Origin: Candidatus Thorarchaeota archaeon
Lineage (GTDB): Archaea; Asgardarchaeota; Thorarchaeia; Thorarchaeales; Thorarchaeaceae
Reading direction: 5' to 3'
NCBI GenBank assembly: GCA_029858305.1
Contig: JAOUFI010000034.1
Span: forward strand, 1 to 22,138
DNA: 22,138 bases
Shown here: positions 17,862-22,138 of the stretch, one piece after another
Layout of the letters: each line of letters starts with the position of its first letter
How positions within the stretch are numbered: the first letter of the stretch is position 1
Made by a program: the position numbers and the translations under genes
Notes under the pieces: generated by a model
Seen by the model: the letters and a program-made list of their open reading frames with translations, nothing else
The model's database searches: none
Told to the model about the DNA's origin: nothing

Positions 17862-18341
17862 ATGTGTGAAACTGATCTGGAAAGTGCATTTGCAGAAGTT
17901 CTAAAGAAGGCTTGCGAAAACAATAACATCAGAGGTTTGATTCAAGCGTGTTGGGTTGGCGGTCCTGGTGGCACACCTTACAATACCAGGCACCATCTTA
18001 CAATAAACTCAACTTATTTGCACAACATATATGGTTGGTGGTATTTAGTACATAGAACACAAGATGGAATAGGCGCGCAGTTAATCATTAGATTCTTCTA
18101 TACAGTATGGCTAAGAGAGCTAAACGCAGCGGGCAATTATCAAGACATCAGTGCTGCAGATCAGGAGGCATACTTCTTAGCTAATGGTACACCAGGAAAC
18201 CCTGCAGTGCCGGATAAATTAATTCGCGTAGAGTTCATCAACTTTTTGAGATCACAACCTAATTGGTTCGAGTCAAGCTACGGTTCAGTGGCTGCTGGTG
18301 ACATAGGTCCTTGGCCAACGACTGGAAGTGGAGGAGACTAA
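17862..18341 (+). CDS. Hypothetical protein (159 aa)
   Basis: Clean ATG with GGAGG and a TATA box, filling the gap between two genes. No recognisable family. Confidence 0.75.
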   Translation: MCETDLESAFAEVLKKACENNNIRGLIQACWVGGPGGTPYNTRHHLTINSTYLHNIYGWWYLVHRTQDGIGAQLIIRFFYTVWLRELNAAGNYQDISAADQEAYFLANGTPGNPAVPDKLIRVEFINFLRSQPNWFESSYGSVAAGDIGPWPTTGSGGD

Positions 18342-18373
18342 TCAACGGACATAAATTCCAAGTGATAGCTTGG

Positions 18374-19837
18374 TCAAATTCGACTCATGAGTTTCTCAAT
18401 GTATGGCACGAGAAATTGTAATCCGGGCTTCTCTGCTAATTCGTTTAGACTTTGGAGAATATCGCGTAGTGATGAGTCATCATGTTGAATAAGAGCCAGA
18501 TCAGATTTCAAAACCAATGCTTGACCCATCAATCCTGGGAGATCCTCTGATACAGCTTGTTCCTCTAGGAGTGCGAGATAAGGAAAAATCTCGGTGTTGA
18601 GTCCAGCTTGCGCAACTTCAATCCTCGCTAGATAGTAAAGAGACATGTTCCGATACCTCTTCAGTCCATCATGTGATTCGAAGATTTTCAGGGATTCTTC
18701 AAGACTGCTTACTGCTGAGGCCACATTGCCCTTTGAGAACTCGATTAGCCCAATAACGAAATTAAGCCAACCTAGATGACTTTCACGACCAGACTTTAGA
18801 ACTAATTCATGAACTGTATCTAGGATGAGTTCTGCTTCAGAAAGTCTATCAAGAAGAACGAGTGACCACGCCTGACACATAATAGCACGAGGTCTTAAAG
18901 AGGGTCGTCCCTTGAATTGATCATCAGCCATTTGCGCCCATTCAAGACCGGATTCACACTCGCCCACACTGTTGTACACTGAAGCAAGCATTAGACTGGC
19001 CATTCCTGTTTCTAATTCCAATCTTTCACGAATGGATACAGACTTGAGATAGTAATCAATCGCGTTTGTGAACTCGCCGCGAATCATAGAGATTGTGCCT
19101 AATTGTTCGAGTACGTCAGCATAACCATCAGTAGAACCGAGAGCGTCCATGATTTCGAGGGCTTCCCGGAGTAATTTCATAGCGAGGATTCTATCGTTTG
19201 ATGAGATTCGTGATTGCTTGATAAGACAATATGCAAGTCGTATCTGGTCATCATATAATCTTGCATTTTGAAGAGCTATTTGATTGCAGCGATTCCACTC
19301 TTCAGAATTTCCATCTTTGTCTGCTATTTGAGCTAAGTTGCTATATAATACAGTTTCATAGAACTTGAACCGAGGATCACTATCTATCAGTTCATGAATT
19401 TCAGCAATGTTGGAAGAATCATGAATTACCCCTGGGTAGTTGAAGGTCTCAGCTTCAAACTTCATAAAGCGCATCTCAAGTTTCAACCAGTTATCAGGAT
19501 TTTTTGCAAGGACAGCTTCAGCATTTTGAATGATGCTTCTAAAATCATCTGTTCTTCCCATGTAGTGATTGGCAAAACCAAGGTTTGGTTGTATGATGGG
19601 GATCTCAGGGTACTTTTGTCCTATAGAATCAATCTTCTTTAGATCAAGAAGTTGGGCAGCATGATGAATGGCAAAGTAGACAAGCAAATCAGAACAATCA
19701 GTGTCAAGTACTCTCTCTGATAGGGCATTTGCAAAATCGAAGTAGTTGTCTGACTCTTTCATAATGGTTTCAAGAACATGTCTTGTTTCCGGATCAATGA
19801 ATGGAAAGTAAACGGTAATAGTCCCTAATGGTTTCAT
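18374..19837 (-). CDS. TPR-like all-helical protein
   Basis: TPR-type units (LEQLGTISMIRGEFTNAIDYYLKSVSI; IGLIEFSKGNVASAVSSLEESLKI). The N-terminus MKPLGTITVYFPFID recalls an expanded Thorarchaeota family (from memory). GAGG upstream. Confidence 0.85.
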   Translation of the reverse strand: MKPLGTITVYFPFIDPETRHVLETIMKESDNYFDFANALSERVLDTDCSDLLVYFAIHHAAQLLDLKKIDSIGQKYPEIPIIQPNLGFANHYMGRTDDFRSIIQNAEAVLAKNPDNWLKLEMRFMKFEAETFNYPGVIHDSSNIAEIHELIDSDPRFKFYETVLYSNLAQIADKDGNSEEWNRCNQIALQNARLYDDQIRLAYCLIKQSRISSNDRILAMKLLREALEIMDALGSTDGYADVLEQLGTISMIRGEFTNAIDYYLKSVSIRERLELETGMASLMLASVYNSVGECESGLEWAQMADDQFKGRPSLRPRAIMCQAWSLVLLDRLSEAELILDTVHELVLKSGRESHLGWLNFVIGLIEFSKGNVASAVSSLEESLKIFESHDGLKRYRNMSLYYLARIEVAQAGLNTEIFPYLALLEEQAVSEDLPGLMGQALVLKSDLALIQHDDSSLRDILQSLNELAEKPGLQFLVPYIEKLMSRI

Positions 19838-19988
19838 ACATACTGCCTCAAGATCAAGTTTTCATCGTTCAAATTATCAGATTACCTATCTATAATTTAT
19901 AGTGAATCTTTGAGAAAAATCTTGTTCACAGTGTTTCAGGGCAGTAGTCAAATATACTTCCTATCCTACAAATTCGGTTCATTCATCG

Positions 19989-20034
19989 TAAAAACAAATG
20001 AAAGAGGAGAATTCCCATTCTCCGCTCAATTCAT
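19989..20034 (-). terminator. Hairpin plus U-tract after the 115-aa gene
   Basis: Minus strand ATGAA..GAGCGGAGAAT-GGGA-ATTCTCCTCTTTCAT followed by TTGTTTTT, 4 nt after the stop. Confidence 0.55.
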
Positions 20035-20038
20035 CCAG

Positions 20039-20386
20039 CTAGTCGATTTCACCTTGGCCTATCGGTTCCTGTTGAGTCATGATCATCATCTTTTCGGGCT
20101 CAGTATCATTTAGGTATGCACAAACTGATTTTTCATTTCTAAGTACATCAGTATATTCATATCTTTCACACGATGGAACAAACATCACCGCGAATTTCTT
20201 ATCCTTTAAGTAATATTGAGCAGGTACCGGACTATTCTCGGATAGGAAATACACAATCACGCGATGTTTTTCACCATAACATATGACGTAGCCATTGAAA
20301 ATAGCTGTAATATTATTCCAAGTGTTTTTCAACCGATTTCCCATACATAGTTTGTACTTTTTAATAGGGACTATTTCTGAAGTCAT
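20039..20386 (-). CDS. Hypothetical protein (115 aa)
   Basis: ATG with upstream AAGGGGAA and a downstream terminator. Beta-rich sequence with DVLRNEK.V.AYL and terminal T.QEPIG.GE. Confidence 0.75.
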   Translation of the reverse strand: MTSEIVPIKKYKLCMGNRLKNTWNNITAIFNGYVICYGEKHRVIVYFLSENSPVPAQYYLKDKKFAVMFVPSCERYEYTDVLRNEKSVCAYLNDTEPEKMMIMTQQEPIGQGEID

Positions 20387-20619
20387 CTTACTTTCCCCTT
20401 CTCATATAAATGGACTACAAGGTAATCGTTTTTTGAAAGGAAGCAATCCAGTCATTTTAATGATCGCACTCCTTTCAACGAACTACCAAGCAAATAACCA
20501 TCAGATTGTCTTGCAGACCTTCCTTATTTTTTTATTCATAGTTCAGTGAATTAATGTAAAAATGACATGATTTTCTAACAAAATTTTAGCGTCACGAATC
20601 ATCTCTTCAATCTTTGCAC

Positions 20620-21531
20620 TTATGTCTTGCATTCCTTGATATAGCTGTCAGCACATTCCTCAGAGCAGAATGATTGATTCTTGTTGTCAACCTTGCGAAA
20701 TACCATCATTCCTTTGCTAATTGGATCGCCACAGTATGAGCAGATGTTATCCATATTAGGAGTTGGACCGCAGCAGGGAGTCAAAACAATACTCTTGATC
20801 TCCTTCTGAATATCGACAAATTCAGCATTGTCCGAGAGGTATATGTAAGCCAGACCCTGAAGCAAATCACTAAGAGCGGTAGACTCAACATCTACCTCTT
20901 TGAGATGCATTGCCAAGTACTCCATTGCTTCATCGACCATCTCAATCTGTCGAATCATGAGATCTTCGAGATGAGTCAGAACTTTCTCCTTCAGTTTCAA
21001 TTCAAGGCCTTCTTCAAAGAGCTTGAGATATGTGTTCACAACATCGCCGCTCATCTTCGAATCTATGACAACAAATACCTTGGCTGTTCTTCGATAGTAG
21101 ACACCTCTCTTACTGTGACTGTCGCTGTCATCTCTTGTTGAGAACTCATCCACAAGGCCCTGTTCAACAAGCTTTGGTAGGTGGTAATAGCAGTTGTACT
21201 TTGAAACCTTTATCTCGGGAAGATACTGCTCAACATTCGCTACTATCTCGGGAACAGTCAGCCAAAATCGTTGTGTTTTCTTCTCTTCTACTATTGTGGT
21301 CTTTATCTTTGTGCCGTCTTTTTTGGTCATTTCTTCAAAACTGATGTCCTCTTTCACCGTTTCAGTCCCATACCGCAGTGCCACCAAAATGGCTCGTCGT
21401 ATTGGATCTATGAAGGACTCGACAAGTTCTGGGTCTGTAACTGGAACATAGCTTCGCACTTTAGAATCAGGAAGTTCAATTTTAGAGTCAGAATTGTCAG
21501 GCTGCAATTCAGAAGTCAAGGGCACCACCAT
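20620..21531 (-). CDS. ArsR-like winged-helix transcription regulator with C-terminal TRASH/YHS-type metal-binding domain
   Basis: FIDPIRRAILVAL, LTVPEI...YYHLPKLVEQGLV...YYRRTAKVF wHTH, and C-terminal CSYCG...FCSEEC. Start uncertain: ATG 21531, or TTG 21519 after GGTGGTG. Confidence 0.82.
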   Translation of the reverse strand: MVVPLTSELQPDNSDSKIELPDSKVRSYVPVTDPELVESFIDPIRRAILVALRYGTETVKEDISFEEMTKKDGTKIKTTIVEEKKTQRFWLTVPEIVANVEQYLPEIKVSKYNCYYHLPKLVEQGLVDEFSTRDDSDSHSKRGVYYRRTAKVFVVIDSKMSGDVVNTYLKLFEEGLELKLKEKVLTHLEDLMIRQIEMVDEAMEYLAMHLKEVDVESTALSDLLQGLAYIYLSDNAEFVDIQKEIKSIVLTPCCGPTPNMDNICSYCGDPISKGMMVFRKVDNKNQSFCSEECADSYIKECKT

Positions 21532-21679
21532 TTTGTGTATAGAATACACTTTTTACGTGATAAACATTATGGGTATTGCACTTATATTACTTTCTATTCT
21601 ATTTTTGTATAATACTTACACTTACTACTGCGATAAGTTTATATGCAAGTGTAATGTTTACACTATTAGATGCATTGGT

Positions 21680-21997
21680 TTGCAATAAATGAACCGATGC
21701 GAAAAAAAAGAGGCGATAGATATGGCGTTTAGTATTAACCGAAGAAAGAACACAAAGAATGATTGGAGACTCGATGGAGTAAATCACGGCGTAGACATAG
21801 CCTACCTCTATGGTCGTGCTGTGAATACCGTCACGAGGTAATCTCTTTGAATCTCTATCTCCAATGTCCTAATGGACATCTATCATGGCATCAAACTCAG
21901 ATCTCTGAGTAAGATGCCATGACATTAATTCTTCTAATCCTTCAATGAACACACTACGACTAGTTTTGGTTTCTATTCAACTAATGCTCTGCTTCAC
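21680..21997 (-). pseudogene. Possible decayed roadblock/LC7 (MglB/LAMTOR-like) gene
   Basis: One frame from GTG 21997: MKQSIS*IETKTSRSVFIEGLEELMSWHLTQRSEFDAMIDVH*DIGDRDSKRLPRDGIHSTTIEVGYVYAVIYSIESPIILCVLSSVNTKRHIYRL, with stops at 21977-21979 and 21869-21871. The spacing of EGL...AM...IG.R...L...IE.G.Y..I...L.V resembles roadblock. End approximate; the frame stays open to 21599. Confidence 0.4.
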
Positions 21998-22138
21998 TAC
22001 ACGGCTTTTTTAGCATAGACATACTCACGATTTTCTGTACCTATTATTTCTACAAGATTCCATTTCATGAGTGCAATAAGATTCTCCAGAACATAAGAGC
22101 TTTCCATTTTTGTTGACTTGGAAATTTCAGATATTGTA
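21997..22138 (-). CDS. C-terminal end of a protein with a winged-helix-like terminus (partial)
   Basis: Hand translation TISEISKSTKMESSYVLENLIALMKWNLVEIIGTENREYVYAKKAV* shows an HTH-plus-wing pattern. Stop TAG at 21997-21999; the start lies outside the window. Confidence 0.7.
   Translation of the reverse strand, partial: TISEISKSTKMESSYVLENLIALMKWNLVEIIGTENREYVYAKKAV

Noticed and set aside
19890-19902. Palindrome CTATAA-T-TTATAG upstream of the TPR gene
   Set aside because: Adequately explained as the AT-rich TATA box of that gene.
20421-20487. Stem-loop as a SECIS element
   Set aside because: No selenoprotein candidate nearby and no correctly placed SECIS core motif within the stem.
2074-21997. 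Alternative genetic code as the explanation for the in-frame stops in the three relic genes
   Set aside because: The interruptions involve TAA, TAG and TGA plus a frameshift, and all three codons terminate intact genes in this window.

Overview
An archaeal chromosomal segment, most likely Asgard and Thorarchaeota-like. This is inferred from the protein families (a crenarchaeal/hSSB1-type single-OB SSB, Asgard-style TPR proteins, C-terminally anchored beta-helix and gingipain surface proteins) and from TATA-box and GGAGG/GGTG signals. It is an accessory region of about 17 mostly monocistronic genes: a partial PAS protein, an MFS transporter, SSB with a Gly/Arg/Tyr tail, a DUF998-like membrane protein, a multi-TM histidine-kinase-like sensor with a degenerate ATP pocket, a nitroreductase, an alpha/beta hydrolase, a TPR-nitrilase fusion, two GNATs (one ArsN2-like), a beta-helix surface protein, a C25 gingipain-like protease, two small hypotheticals, a second TPR protein, an ArsR-like/TRASH regulator and a partial wHTH C-terminus. 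Three apparently decayed genes missed by the ORF track were read by hand: a TPR pseudogene, a possible roadblock/LC7 relic and an unknown fragment. The best candidate for an undescribed system is the TPR-gated carbon-nitrogen hydrolase, which has an intact E-K-C triad and a four-copy GTTTGAA/TTCAAAC array directly upstream. No rRNA, tRNA, CRISPR array or transposase was seen. All family calls come from motif recognition by eye, not database searches.
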